A stretch of 64,000 bases of DNA from Flaccisagitta enflata (taxonomy: Eukaryota). Under the pieces are notes generated by a model, which saw only the letters and a program-made list of their open reading frames with translations, was not told where the DNA came from and searched no databases. The translations under genes and the position numbers were made by a program. Of this stretch, positions 25,287 through 39,132 are shown piece by piece. Every line of letters starts with the position of its first letter. Positions within the stretch are counted from its first letter, which is position 1. The stretch covers positions 5,208,001 through 5,272,000 of the forward strand of contig OZ231126.1 of the NCBI GenBank assembly GCA_965153355.1, given 5' to 3'.

Positions 25287-27439
25287 ACAGAAACTCACGG
25301 GAATATTGCGCATAACACAAATATAACATGAATAACATAACATAAATGGACGATTTACAGTTGGGACTGCCAGTAATTGACAGTGAAGAACTGCGCTCTC
25401 TCTTTTTGTGCGGTCCCCTCAACAAGAACTTGAGGGCGTGCATATATTGCCTCACAAGTCACAAGTCACAAGCGCATTTTGACTTAATCTAAGGAAGAGG
25501 GTTGGGGGAGCGCTAAAAAGGTGACCGAATAGATATTGCCCTGGGCCGAGGTTGTTGTCAATCAATGAGGACAGTATCGTGTCTTGTCAGTTATTCACGA
25601 TCGTATTGTGCGAACGACTGCATGTGCCCGTGCTATCGCATTGTCTTCGATTCGCGTACGTACTGTGTACGCGTACGTCGAACATGATGAGCTCAACTCT
25701 GGGACTATGGGAATTAGAGAAATTCGTCCACTGTGATTTTATGGACAGGCATGTTATTTTTGCCTCACAAACATCTATGAATTGTTTTAACTCGTCCTCC
25801 CTCTTTACCTTTCTTTGTTATTGTCTCTCAACAGCGTAACCTTAATAACCCGCAAATTGTATCTTTTATATTCATGACCCATTATTTGAAACAGAAGTTT
25901 AGACTAGTTCCAGTCACAAGTCATGATGGACAAGATAGTGTTCGCCAATTCGAAGAAAATATCAGAACTCCTGGCGCAGCCCCTAAAAGTGATCAGTTAA
26001 TCGGTCAACACTCCAGAGCGAGTTCTGAATTGTTCACCATCCTCGTAGGAAGATAACCAGAACGGGTACATGCCCCAGGGCCTGATAATGTTTGAGTGAA
26101 TAGAAAGTGATCATTGATTTCTTTTGAATCCAATCTCCCATGTTTTTAATTGCGGACACGTAATCTTATAACAGGCTTTGTCCGTTCGTCGTTCCGTGGG
26201 TTCGGGATGATCAAGTTGAAATGTGGGAAAACGGGCGACTCTTTTTGGGCAGCGGTCTCGATGGGAATGAAGTCTTGTAGAACACAGGGGGACTTTTGTT
26301 TGTGCGTCCATCTGTTCCTTTGTTCGTTCACACCCCCCCCCAAGCCCCCATCAGGTCATTGAGACTTCAAATCCACCCTTTCAGGTCCAAAATCTGTCCT
26401 CACAGGCCTTAAACCTGCCATCTCACCCTTCTAATCAGCTTTCTCAGACCCTTGATCAGCCCTCAGGATTTAAATCAGCCCTAACAGGCCACAAGTCAGC
26501 CTTAGCAGGCCTCAAGTCAGCCTTTTCAAGCCTCAAATTCGCCATCTCACTCTTAGGCCTCAAATCAGCCCTCTCATGCCTAAAATCAGTCTTCTCAGGC
26601 TTCAAATTGGCACTCTGGCCCCAAATCAGTCTAATCAGGCCTCAAATCCACCCACGAATGCACAATCTAAAGTCCACCGGTGTTCTACAGGGCTTCGTTT
26701 TCCTAGGGGCCGCTGACCTGCTTCCCTTCACTCAAATTTACAATCTCCTAGAGCAAGGCAACGGGCATCGCCGACCACATATTGCTCTTGGGCGACTGGT
26801 TGAGTATGTTTCTGGGGGGATCTGGATGGGGGTTGGACGCCCCTGCCTACCCGTCTGCAACGATATGGTAACCCGATGAGCCGTGTTAATTGTTGATTTG
26901 AGGAATGATATAAGCGTAATACTGCGGTCTGATGTCCAGGCCCACAACTACAGATTCAATGGTAGCAAAGCCGTCTGAAGAGGTCAAGTGCTTTGCTCTT
27001 ATGTCTTGTTTTCCTCGCTCTTCCCTGCCTGCTTTAGAATCCTCCTCGGCGATCCTCTGCCTTCTGAAACCTTACCATGGCCCCGTCCTTGGGAAAGCAC
27101 TTCACAATCGTTCATCGCTGTTATTTAATAAGACGCAATATGTAATAATGGAGCTTGAAGTAAAATCTGGTCCATAAAGTAGTCAGCTAGGACATGATAC
27201 CACTCTATTAACTTCACAAACCAAAGTTATTACGTGGTTCTTAAGATGATCCGGAGCTATGAAGAAAAACGCGTGTTGTCCATCGCTGACACAACAGACG
27301 TACAAGAGGAATGTCAATTGGGTTACCGCCTGTTTCTGAGGCCTATTGATTCCTTGCGTGACAAGTCAGCGGGAGGACCATCTTCGTGCAACGTCGTCAC
27401 CTGTCTTTAGAGCCCAATAATTGGTCGGCATTATCCATT

Positions 27440-28221
27440 TGAGATCGTTTAGCGTCTAGTTTCTTAGCAAGCTCCTGATGCGTTATCGCGAAAACTGACT
27501 CCACTGCGTAGCTGCGCTAAAGATTTGGATCGCACACCCGCTTAGAACGAATTGTTGAGATGAGCGGTCAAGTTGTCCGCGAAATCAGTCTATTCGTGGA
27601 ATCCTGACGGACAGAGAAAAAGGAAAAAGGTTAAGACAAGCTCTGTACATCAATGAAGGATACTTCTGTATGGCGCCAAAATGATAAAAGGTCAAGGACT
27701 TACACGGATGTTGTCGAACGGTTTCCAATCTAGGCGCAGGGCAGGGAAGTCGGGGAAAAAGCATCAAAAATCGAGTCTTTAACTGAGATCGTGTAATCGA
27801 ATGTCAGAAAGAAAGTCAGGGAAGCTACTTTTACTTAACCTGGAAATAGCAAAAAATGAGTCAAAACATCACGAGATTTGAAATTATTTGGCAGCAATGA
27901 AACAATAATAAACAGACTCGTCACGTCGTGGGAATTCGATAGAGGGGTCGAAGTCTTTCCTCCTCTAAGCGGTTGAGAAGATATAGTTCATCAATTCTCA
28001 ACCGGAAGTCAGCGCTTCCGGCGCGCGCGCGTTCCTCCCCTTCCTCCGTCGATCGAAGATCTCTCTCCTTCTTCCTCGATTTCCTCCACTCTGCAGTCGA
28101 GCGGACGCCATCTTGGATTTTCGATGGCGAGCCCCTCCTATTCTCCGGATCCGCGGAGTCGAATGCGTCCGATCGAGCGCTTCTTGACCTGGAGATGGTG
28201 GGGAATGTGGAGATTCTCACA
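27440..28221 (-). repeat. 3' LTR (782 bp)
   Basis: Direct repeat of 39133-39921, preceded by the PPT and followed by the TSD. Confidence 0.95.
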
Positions 28222-29056
28222 GTCCCCCATTTGAAATATTGCCAAAAATTTCAAATCTCGTATCTAACTAGTTTCTTGTCAGGGAATACCGTTCATTCTA
28301 AAAATTTACAAGCTATGACAACATCCGGGGCTCATCTCAAAAACAAAAAATTTTTAAATATTACAAAGACACCATTATAAATATCGTGGATCTCGCGCGG
28401 ATAAGACGATTCAGAAAATGGGTTCTAGGAGCAGAAACACCTACCACCGTCGATCGTCCGGGCTATCGCTACGGTCTGGTCATGAATCGCTCCTCTCGCT
28501 CCATTCTGCCTCCAGTCTTCATGCTAAACAAGAAAAAAAAGTAACGATACTAGATCCACGGGAATGATGGACTGAAATAAATAATTAGACTATATGCTAA
28601 GTGGTCTATACTAGTGTATAAACTATCCTAAACTACGTACCGACGCCCAGTTAGGATTGTCCATCACTCCAGCACGCACGTCTCTGAAATGTAAGCGGGG
28701 GGGTTCCCACACCCGGAATGGGTATGGAGAAACGGATCAGGAGAGTTAGAACTGATTCTCATTCCACAAATCATACGCTTAATATTCTAATTTGGTACAA
28801 TTGGTTCATGAGCAATTCAAGACCCCCCCTACCCCTCGACACTTACGCGGGAGAGTCGCAGGGGGGTCCCCGGTGGGACCCCCTCCCCCGACCGCCCTCT
28901 AGAGAAGCGAGGACGGCCGGCCTGTCCGTCACCGGAAGCATCTCGAGTCGCCATTGGATGATCAACCGCTAGTCTTCCGCGACGACGTAAAACGTCGGTA
29001 TGATACGCGCGATTGAAGTGGGAAGACGATGGCCGGGATCATGGCGACGAGACCCT

Positions 29057-31396
29057 CTACTTCCGGCCTTTACCCCTGCCGCCCTTTCCTCCACGATAGG
29101 ATGGCGCGTCGTCTTTCCTACTGTGGCGTGGAGGGGGGTTTCTGCCGGAAGGTGGCGCGTGGTCGCTCGACGGCGCGAAGTGGCGTTGAGTGCCGGAAGT
29201 CGACGGCATTTGTCCGTCGGACTGAGAAAACTCCGCGCGGACGCGGTCGGCTTCCTTCTTCGCGTCGGACAGCAGCTGGGCCATCTGAGCGACCTTTGCG
29301 TCGTGCTCACCGACAACCTTCATCCTAAAGTTGTATTGTTCGATGAGCTTCCTCGCCGATCTGGCTCTATCCACGGCGTGATCGGCAGCGTAGATCGCGC
29401 GATCCATCGGAGATGAGTTGGGATAGAAGGCCGCCGGAAGAATGTCTACAACCTTTTGAATATCCTTTGACCGAGGATGACTTGGCAACTTGATGGCGGG
29501 CCAACATCGCTTGGTCAGAAGGTCCTCCGGCGATCGGGGAGGGCGATGTGAAGGAGAAGAAGCGGATGCCGTCGACGTTGACGACCTGTTGGACGTCGAC
29601 GCATCTCTAGGCTTCCTTTTTGGACGACGATTCTTCTTCTTTTTGTTGGCGTTTTGCTCCTCTCGTCGCTGTTGGTCGTCGTTGACGGGAGGAGGAGGAG
29701 GTGGGGGCAGATTTGCGGCTGCCCCTGCGAGCACACCCCGATGATTGTTCGTTGTCGTCGTCGTTTGAGTTGGGACACGGATTGGTGAAATGTCACGTGA
29801 CCGCTGGCGTTGAGGAGGAGGAGGCCGGGGAGCGGGATCATGTGGTAATCTCGCGGGACCATCCATCACCGTCGATGATAACGATGCGGATGCATCCGGC
29901 GGTCCACCCCTGCTCACCCGACGTCTCTTCTCTCTCACTTCGATTTGCAGATTGTTGGCGCCAGCATTGGCTCGTCGATCGTCTCTTGAATGATGTTGTG
30001 GAGGATCCTGCGTCGCGGGCGTCTGACGCTGATCGCTGCCACTTCCGGTCGAACGAATAGCCTCTGCGATCCGACGAGCAGCTCCTTCACGTCGTCTTTT
30101 CCTCTGATTTGAGGCTTTTCCACTGGAAATATCTCTCAAAGTCCCATTTCCCATGTCCGCCGTTGCTCCAATAGATCTGATGTTGATGATCTTGCACAAT
30201 TGGAGCGTCTCGCGTGTTTCAACCGTCGCAATCTCACCGTCCTCTTCAACTAATTCGTCTCTAACTCTTTGTGTCGGAACATATGCTCTTCGCTCGGCTT
30301 GTGGATGAAGAGCATCTCTCTCCGCGCGTAGGCGACGCTGCGTGTCGTGGTATATCGCAGTGTGCTTCCGCTCGATGAGGGCGTCGACTTGGGCGTTGTA
30401 GATCTTCACTAATTCGACAGCTTGTTCCTGCGAGATGGAGGACAGATCACTGATGTACGGCGGGATCACCAGCGTCGCGTCAGGTGATGCTTGAAACGGC
30501 GCCGGCGCGGTCGAGTCTGCGGCCGGCGTTACTTGTAACGTCGGCGACTCCACGACCGCCTGCGACGTCTGCGGCGGCGGCGGCAGAATTGGGGGAGCAA
30601 GGAAGGAGCAGTAAGTACCCCAAGGGGCCTGTAGTCAGGTCGAGCAACCTCCCCGGGAGAAGTCCTCTCCTTCCGTCATGTTCGTTAGTGTCCATCTTAT
30701 CGCCCTCACTGTCATCCTGGTCTCGTAATCGTCATCCGTCTGCCGCCGTGTGTCGTCGTCGTCATCGTCAAAGTCCAAGTTGTCAGGGTCATTTAAATCC
30801 TGTCGCTCCACTTCCTCTGCTCCGCGTGGCGGCGGGGGGGCGTCCGTGGTGGAGGTCGACGTCGACTCCCCCATGAGCGCCTCCACTCCCGAGACTGCCG
30901 TATCGAAGCTTTCGTTGGCAGCTTGTTCTCTTTTCGCCTTTCTTGCCGCCCGGAGCGCATCGTCGGCTTGACGACGCGCTTCACCGGCGGCGCGCTTGTC
31001 GGCAAAGGCGTTGGCATCGAACGCGTTGAGGGCCCGAGCAGGAAGAGGGTCCGTAACGGTCCACGCGCCGGAAGACGAGTCGTTGAAGAGATGGCTGACC
31101 CCGTCGATGACGTCATCAGCTCCTCCAGCGACGGACTGTTGCAATCCGCGAAGCCTGCGTTGTTCTCTGAGGGACGCAGCCCTGGCCTCCTGCTCCTGTC
31201 TCCTCCTCTTCTTCTCCGGGTCTTTCTTCTCTTCCTCCACTTTCTTCTTCTCCTCTTCCACTCTCGCCCGCTCCTCTTCCATCCTCCTCGTCTCCTCCTC
31301 ATGGCTCCTCACCAAATCGGCCTGGGCTCGCGCCATGCGCTGCCTCCTCGCTTCGCGGATCTCGTCCGGCGTGCCTTGGTTATTCTGCTGCGACAT
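29057..31396 (-). CDS. Accessory ORF(s) of the BEL/Pao element downstream of integrase (253 aa + 498 aa, same frame, one TGA between)
   Basis: ATG at 31396 follows an acceptor at 31409-31408. Protein is charged/coiled-coil, Pro/Arg-rich, with a basic RGG-like end and no signal peptide or TM helix. Confidence 0.6.
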
Positions 31397-31939
31397 GATG
31401 GATCTTTCTGCAACAGTTATGCGACGATACCGACAAGGGGAAGCTTTTAGCGTAAGATAGTGTAAACGCCTGTTTTTGGAGAAAATTCAGATTTCGAGAT
31501 GTAACAAGACGGAAAGAGGAAGACATATCCATTAACATTGAGGAAGATTAAATGGTATACGCAGACAAAGAAATAAGACTCTTCGATCAGCGCCTCAAAT
31601 GACCTCCATACTCAACAGTCAATGATATGGATAAAACGGAAAAGGAAATGACGAACAAATGCCTTTATATGGTCAATACAAGATTGAAATGGCATGGCAA
31701 ATTTAGATTGTCAGTCAATCATGCAGACACTCTCAACTGACTGGGGCACCATGTACCTCTCTCTCTCCTGTCTTCACACACAAAGACATATCAGACAGAC
31801 CGACTGAGAAAAAGTAAACAAGACCAAAAAATAATCATGAGAAAAAAAAATCCTCATTTTCGGCATAGTCTTTGCAAATAGAAACACTTGTGCTTCTCTC
31901 TGGTCTACTTTCTCTCTCTCTCTTCACACTTATCCGTTT

Positions 31940-34900
31940 TTAATCTGAATCCAACTCCAATCGGACGATCTTCGACCGATCCTTGAGAACAATCTTGCCG
32001 TCGGGGCGTCGGATCTGTGCTTTCCGGACGTGACCACCAGATCCTTCCACTTCGACGACGCGTCCCAAAGACCACTGATGCCGATGAAGCGTCTCGTCAA
32101 CGATGATGACCAATGCATCTTTTTTGATGTTCACTTCCGATTTTGTCCATTTGCTCCTTGCGTGCAGCAACTGAAGGTATTCGGCGCGCCATACCTTCCA
32201 GAAGGCGTCAACGCGGGCCTGTGCGTTTCTCCATCGGCATCTCGTTCCCACGGCGTCGTTTCCGGTCTCTGGAGGAAGAATAGCTGCCGACGAGTGTGAG
32301 AACGTCGATGGATGCAAGATGTTGACCGGCCTCAGCGCTGATGTATCGCTAGGATCGTCGCTCAAAGGCGTGAGAGGTCGACGGTTGAGAATTCCCTCCA
32401 CTCAATCATGCTGTTTGGAAGACGTCGTAATGGAGCACGTGACCGGAAGTAATGGACGCCAAATGTTTTTTGAAAAGGGATACGACCCTTTCCCATACGC
32501 CGCCGTAATGAGGAGTCCCCGGAGGAATGAAGTCCCATTGGAGTCCATGCTGCTGCAGAGCCACTGTCGACGACGCGTTCCACGACTGCATCTCCTCCTT
32601 CATGACGCGATTCGCCCCAACCAGGTTGGTGCCACAATCTGATATGAAGCGACGCACCGTTTGCCGTCTCGCCGCGAATCTAATGATGGCGTTGATCATT
32701 GCCTCTGTGTCCATTTTAAACAACACCTCCACATGCACCGCCCTCGAAACCATGCAGGTAAATACAACCGCCCAGACTTTATGATCCGCCCTGCCGTTGA
32801 GTTTCACCAGGAAATGACCCATGCAGTCGAGTCCCACCTCCTCGAACGGCGCCGTTGGAATAAGTCGTCGTTGAGGAAGAGGCGCCATCTGCTGCTTCAT
32901 AGGATCTTTGAAGTTCCTTTGGCACGTAACACAATGGTGGATGACCGTCTTCACTGCCTGGAGACCACGAAGAATCCACACAAAGCGTCGCAGTTGGCAC
33001 AAGACGTGTTTTGGGCCTGCATGAAGATCCTGATGATGGACATGGCGAATCAAAGAAGCGACGTTTGGATCCTTCGACGGGAGAATCATCGGATATTTTT
33101 CATCATGGCCAATATCCGCATTCACAAGTCTGCTCCCGACACGCATCGTTCCTTTCTCGTCGACAACCGGATTGTGATGGCGTAAGTCTTGCAGATCACT
33201 TTGGCGCCGGCGTCGTTGATCAGCGGCGTCGTTTTTCCCACCGCCTTCAGTTTGGTTATTTCTCCACGGAAGTGTTTGTACTGGATTGCGTTGATCAAGC
33301 GGCGTTGTGCATCGTATACTTCAGCCATAGACACAGAATACGGGTTTGGCAGCGTCATCGTTGCTGCTCTTGTTTTCGCCTTCACCTTCTGTCTCCATCG
33401 CTGCGCACACTTCACAACCACGGCGATCAGACGCAACTTTGCCACCCAATCCTGGCGACGATCAGCCACTGAATAAGCGAACATCTCCTTTTCCTTCTCT
33501 CCTTCCTTCTCCTCCACCGTTTCCGTCGCGACGGCGTTGATTGACGCTTCCGGCGCCGTCGCGATGTTCATCACCGGCCACTCAGATTTGGGAAGGTAGA
33601 GAAACTTCGGACCGAAATGGAAGATGTCCCATTTTCCTTGTCGCCGGCGTCAATACCCCACGAACAATAGTCCATGAGGTTATTCTCCGAATCAACCCAC
33701 CTCCATTGAGAATCACTTGAGCCGCTGTGGATTTTTGAAAGTCGGTTTGCGAAGAAGCTTGGACGTTTAGACTTATGGTCGAAAATCATCTTCAGCACCG
33801 CCTCTGAATCTGACCAGAGCGTCACCATGTCCTCAGTCACCTTTGGAATGGTCCTCTTGATGAACAGTTTGAGTTTCACCGCTTTCTCTGCCGCTGTCAT
33901 TTCTAACCTCGGCACTGAATTATGGTGCGACGCTTTTGACGCATCAAGAGGGACGACGTGAGCCTTGGCGCACAAAATGGTAACGCGGATTGTTCCATCC
34001 TCATCTTCCACCAACCAATAGCCCACTACCCCAAAACCAGGGATGGCGGCGTCGCAGAAGATGTGAACTTCACGTCGAACGGCCTTCACAATGCCCCATT
34101 CAATGTGGCGCGGAATTTCAATCTGGATCAGCAATGGAGTCGCAGAGTACCATTTGGCGAAGCGTTTGATTAACGCCTCCTCCATCGTCGAATCCCATCC
34201 CTTCTCGGAAGCTCTCGTCAACTGAAGACACCTCCTCCCTTCAAGGGCGCGGGGGGCAGTGAAGCCTAATGGATCATAGTTGTCGGCTTGCATGGAGACC
34301 AATTCGCGAGGAGTCGTTGCCACCCTCTTGCATGCTTCTGGATCGCATCTGAAGATGAAGCAGTCCGTCGACGGCAACCATTGGACTCCCAAGACCTTCG
34401 TCGGCTCCTCGAGTTTGGCGCTCAAGTCGACTGCGACATTCGGATCGTCGTCCATCACCTCCACCGCGTTCGATTTCCATTTAGTTAACGTAAATCCGCC
34501 GCTTTTCATGGCGGCGATGAGATCCTGCTTCAGCTGCAGTGCTTCGTCGACTGAATCCGCACCACCAGAGCCATCATCGACGTAGAAGGCATGCCTCAAC
34601 ATTTCGTAGACGTTTTCCGGGAAGTCGGGCTTGATCTTCTCTGCGTGATGGCGTAAAACATAGCTGGTGACGAGACTCGATGACACAGATCCAAAGATGT
34701 GCGCCAAGAAGAGCATCACGACTGCCTCTCTCATGCTTTTGTCAGTGAACCACATATATCTGAACGTGTCCGCGTCCTCAGGATGGACGCGGACATTATG
34801 AAAGAACGCCTTTATATCAGTCATCAGACCGATTTTATAAAGGCGAAATTTCATAAGAACTTCAGTCAAGACGTTCATGATATTCGGACCTCCAATCAGT

Positions 34901-35934
34901 AGTTCATTGAGGCAGATGCCACCAGTCTCCGCGCGTCCATCGTGACAAATCCGCGTTTTATTTCTTTCCTCCACTACATGGATAGGCAAGTACCAGCGTG
35001 GCGATGAGATGCTTGCGTCGTCATTCGTCGGATCAATCTCAATCGCCACGCCCGTATCCACAAATTTGTCCATTTCTTTGAAGACGCGATCGCGGAGGTC
35101 ATGATTATTTGAGAGTTTGTATCGGAGACTTTTTGTCCTCTTAATCGTCATCGCGCGTGCGTTAACGGATTTGATAATCTCGATGATCTTCTCCTTGTCA
35201 TAGCGCCATGGAAGTCCCACGACGTATTTTTGGAGTTTCTCGTCGAAGTATATCGTCTCCATCACTCGTTTCACCGCGCGACGATTCTCTTCAGACTGGC
35301 CCATTTCTTCCTCCGACACAATGGCGAAGTCGTGATAGAACATGCGGTCGAGAGATTTGCTCAATGCGACGTTATCCACGTGGATTGCGTTAATGACAGC
35401 GGTATCATCTGATCTTCGTCCACTCTTCCCTGCTACAGTCCATCCAAAACCGCATCTGAAGGCTGTCAAAGATCCTGATGGACCTCTTCTTGCCTCCACA
35501 GGCATCGTCGCGTCGTAATGGGCGGCGCCGATGATCAATTGGACAGGACCATTTGCTTTTGGAAATGGAATATCGCGAAGATGAGATTGATTTGTGAAGT
35601 CGCGTTGGCATGGAGCAATATCCGCTTCACCCGTCAATAATTCTCCCGTTAGTGCGTTGCTGATGTGGACGTTGTATTCCTCGTCAATCGATGAAAGGAT
35701 GAAGGACGCCAAAACTTTCTCCTCCACCACCTCACAATTGACCGTATGCACGCGCATCAGCATCTTTTCAGTTGGTAAGTCTAATTTTTTAACGATTTGA
35801 AGCGATAAAACGTCACGATCCGCACCGCTGTCGATCATCCCCAACACTACGGTGGAACGGCCCGTCGATGCGTTGGTGATCTTTACAGGAACAATCGGTC
35901 GCGTGACATCATCCTCCGCGACCACCGTCCTCAT
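31940..35934 (-). CDS. pol: BEL/Pao pol (protease, RT, RNase H, integrase), frameshifted
   Basis: MIDSGADRD protease, FYVDDG RT, HIFCDAA RNase H, HVHHQDLHAG...CVTC zinc motif, ISDCGTN and GGVWER integrase core, LNRRPL...FWKVWRAEYL C-terminus. Split over ORFs 33571-35934, 33122-33574, 32406-33146 and 31940-32401. Confidence 0.93.
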
Positions 35935-35952
35935 CGCGGAGGTGGCAGCGAG

Positions 35953-38900
35953 TCATGCCTCCATCACCCTTCCTTCATCAGATGCAGAGTCATCCGTCGA
36001 CGAGCTGCTTGGGGGTGCTGGAGGAACGGTTTTGGCGGCGGCAGCGGCTGCGGCTAATGCGGCGGCATTCGGCGTCTTGAACGTGATTCCTTCTCCATTC
36101 CCTTTTGGCTTCCATTGGCGGTCGTGCAGCAAAGTTGCGTGTCTCTTGTTGCAAGATGAGCATGTTGGCTTGTCTTTGCAGTCGCGCGCCGAATGGTTTG
36201 GGCAGAAACAATGAAAACATAGACGTTTCTCCGCCAACTTCTTCACTCGATCCTCTGCTGATGGGATGGCTTCCAAAACATTGCACGAATGAGAATTGTG
36301 ACGACCTCCACAAATATTGCAGATGTCGTTGGGTTGCTGTTTCGGAGGTGAGTTGACGAGCTGTTCCTTAAACGTCGCCGGACCAACTGCAGTCGCTGCA
36401 ACCTTCGTCGGTTTCGGCGCCATGCGTGTTGGTTCTTTGAGGTTGTTGTACGATACCCAATGTTTCACTTCCTCGATGAGTTCTTGGAAGCCGTAAGCCG
36501 TGCCATGGCGAGCTTGTTCACGCGCGCTCGCTTTCCAATAGTCCGTCGAGATGTGTGGCACCCTCGCGTTGATGATGCGGCGAATGTGGACGTCACGATC
36601 ACACTCTCCAGGTACATTCAGCAATTCTGCGACGTTTTCCAGTTTGTACAACGTGCCAATCAATGATTGATGGGCTCTCATATCGTTTTCTGGGACCTTT
36701 CCTTTCCTGCAGATGCTGTCGACGGCCGATTGGAATGGGTTGGCGCTCGTGTTGAACATCTCGTCCAGGCGTCTCCACAAGGTGCTGTAGACACGGCGCA
36801 TATTGTGCGCCTTGATGATAAGTTGTTGACCGTCGATAATTTCCTTCGCTGGATTCGCGAAGACGTTGGCCAATTCAGTCACTTTGTCGATTTCGTCTAG
36901 CTCGATGTTGGAGGCGGCATTTTCGAATTTAGACTTGGCGATGATGTAGTCGATCGGCTCGAGGTATCCATACGCTTCTCTTGGACGTGCTGCGCGCATT
37001 TCCCTCAATCCCACGTCCTTTGCTCTGACGCGGGCGTCGTAGGCGATCGGGTTGTCGATGAAAGAGGCGGCGTTCATCCTCTCGGCGAAGGACTGCGAAT
37101 GTGCGAGGCCATTTCGCGCGGAGTCACTTCCGGTTTGACGTCTTTGATACATAGGAGGCGACGGCGTTGGGGGTGGCGTCTTCCTCGACTTCCGTCTGTC
37201 GACGCGTTCGAACCCCTCGTCATCGAAGACGTCGTCGACCAGAGGGCGCTGACTCCCGCGTACATTTCGGGATGCTTGTGGAGCTGGAAGATCACCCGCG
37301 ATCTGGCGGACGATGACGGGTGAGCTTGGTGATGGCGGCGTCGATTTGCGCGGTGGAACACGTGTCTGCAAAACGACGCTGTCTTCCAGGTTGAGATCGC
37401 TGATCAATTGTTGGACCCTTGCCATTGCGTCCGCGTGATCCATCGCGTACTTTTCTTGTTCCGCTGCATCTTGTCTCGTGCGCAGTTGCTCGTGGAGAGG
37501 ATGTTCACGTGCGGCTGGGGGTGGCGTCTTGGAAGGTGGTTGTCTCTGCTGGCTTTTCTTTTGCGCCTCTCTCCTCTTCCTCTCCTCCTCCTCTTTCTTT
37601 TTCTTCTCTTCCTCCTTTTTCTTTTCTTCGCGTCTTTTCTTCTCCTCCATCCTCTTTCTTTCTTCCGCGTCTCTTTTTGCCACCGCCTTCCTTCTCTCCT
37701 CCTCTGCTTTCCTCTCTGCTTCTCTCCTTTTCTTTTCTTCTCTCTCCTCTTTCTCTCTTTTCTCCTGGGCGATCTTGTTTTTCAAGTTCGTCCTCCTTTT
37801 CTCCTCCTGCTCCTTTCTCGTCTCCTCTGCCTTCCTTCTCACTTCTTCAGCGTGGATGCGTTGTCTCTCCTCCTCCTCCTCCTTCTCTTTCTTCCTCCTC
37901 TCTCCTCCTCCTTTTTTCCTCTCGTCAATTCCGGCAGTGACCGCGTCTGTCCGGGCAGTAACGGCTGCGTCTATTGCGATGTTTGCCGTCAACTGCCGGG
38001 CATTTTCTTCGCGTTGTTGAGATACAGATCGCGAGCTGGACGAATCGCGTGTTTGCGCGTGCTTCTCTCGCCACCGAGCGTCGAACTTGGTTGACGTCGT
38101 TGACCAGACGTTGGACGACGTTCCACCATCGCGTCGCCTTGAGCGTTTTTCGCCGTCGACGATCGACTGCTGTAGCATGTTGAGAAGATCTTGTGTGGGA
38201 GGGGCGCCGCCAACGGCGCCTGGAGGGAGGTCGGCGTCGTTGTTCGGCCATGACGTTTCCATCGCGTCGTCGGCGTCATCGTCTCCATCGTCTCTAGCCG
38301 ACAAGAAGCGCGACCTCGCCGGCGTCGCCGGCGTCGGAGGTTCAAAGTTTATACGTATCTCCTCGGCGTCTTGTATCGCGCCTGGCGTATGGGGCGGCGC
38401 GTTGTGGCGTTGTTCCGCTGCATGAGATTCGCCGCTTCCGTACCGACGGGCAAGTCGTCCTCTCCCGCGTCTCCATCGTCGCCGGTTGTGTTCGGCGTCG
38501 ATTTGCGTCGTCGTGAAAGGGACTGGACGAAATGCGTCGACGACCCCATCGTCATCTCGAGAGCGCGTTTTGCTCCAGTCTCTGGTGACTCGTCGTGGAT
38601 GTCGTGGTAAGTCGGCAGGAATAGATGCGACGCAAAAGTGTTTTTGTCGTGGAAGCATGATTGGTCCCACAGTTTCCGTACTTCCGTCAATGAGCTTTCG
38701 GCAGTCGATAACAGTGACGCCGCTTTGTCGGGATTGTTGGTCGACTCTGCATGTGAGTAAGTCTTTGTCTGGTTGACAAGTCGCCACGCCGCTAACCACA
38801 CCTCCTTTCGAAGGCAGTCCATATCTTGGTAAAAGTCCAATATATCGTCGTCGTCGAGGGTATCGGCTTGTTTCAACGCCGACATGTATGCGTTGCGCGT

Positions 38901-39089
38901 GTTGCGTAGCGCCTTTCGTAACCCGCGAAGCGTCGTAGCCACGGGGTCCATTGCGCCCGCGTAGACAGATGAGTCGGAAACGACAGACACACAGTCGGCT
39001 GGACGAAAGGCTTTTCTGCGTTGATTGGGCAGCGAAGGTGGCGGCATTGACATCGCGTCGGCGTTGGCGTTGTTGTTGGCGGTCGACAT
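35953..39089 (-). CDS. gag: BEL/Pao gag (one frameshift near 38400)
   Basis: Triple Cys/His knuckles CNICGGRHNSHSC, CFHCFCPNHSARDC and CSSCNKRHATLLH, typical of BEL/Pao. Long E/K-rich coiled coil. Confidence 0.88.
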
Positions 39090-39132
39090 CGTTGACGTTG
39101 CGTGGATCGTTGATGGTTTTGATTCCACGAAT

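Noticed and set aside
37408-38094. Long hydrophobic plus-strand ORFs
   Set aside because: Antisense shadows of the E/K/R-rich gag coiled coil.
31940-38420. Multiple frameshifts in gag/pol as programmed recoding
   Set aside because: They fall inside domains, and the LTRs also differ by small indels. Decay or sequencing error is more likely.
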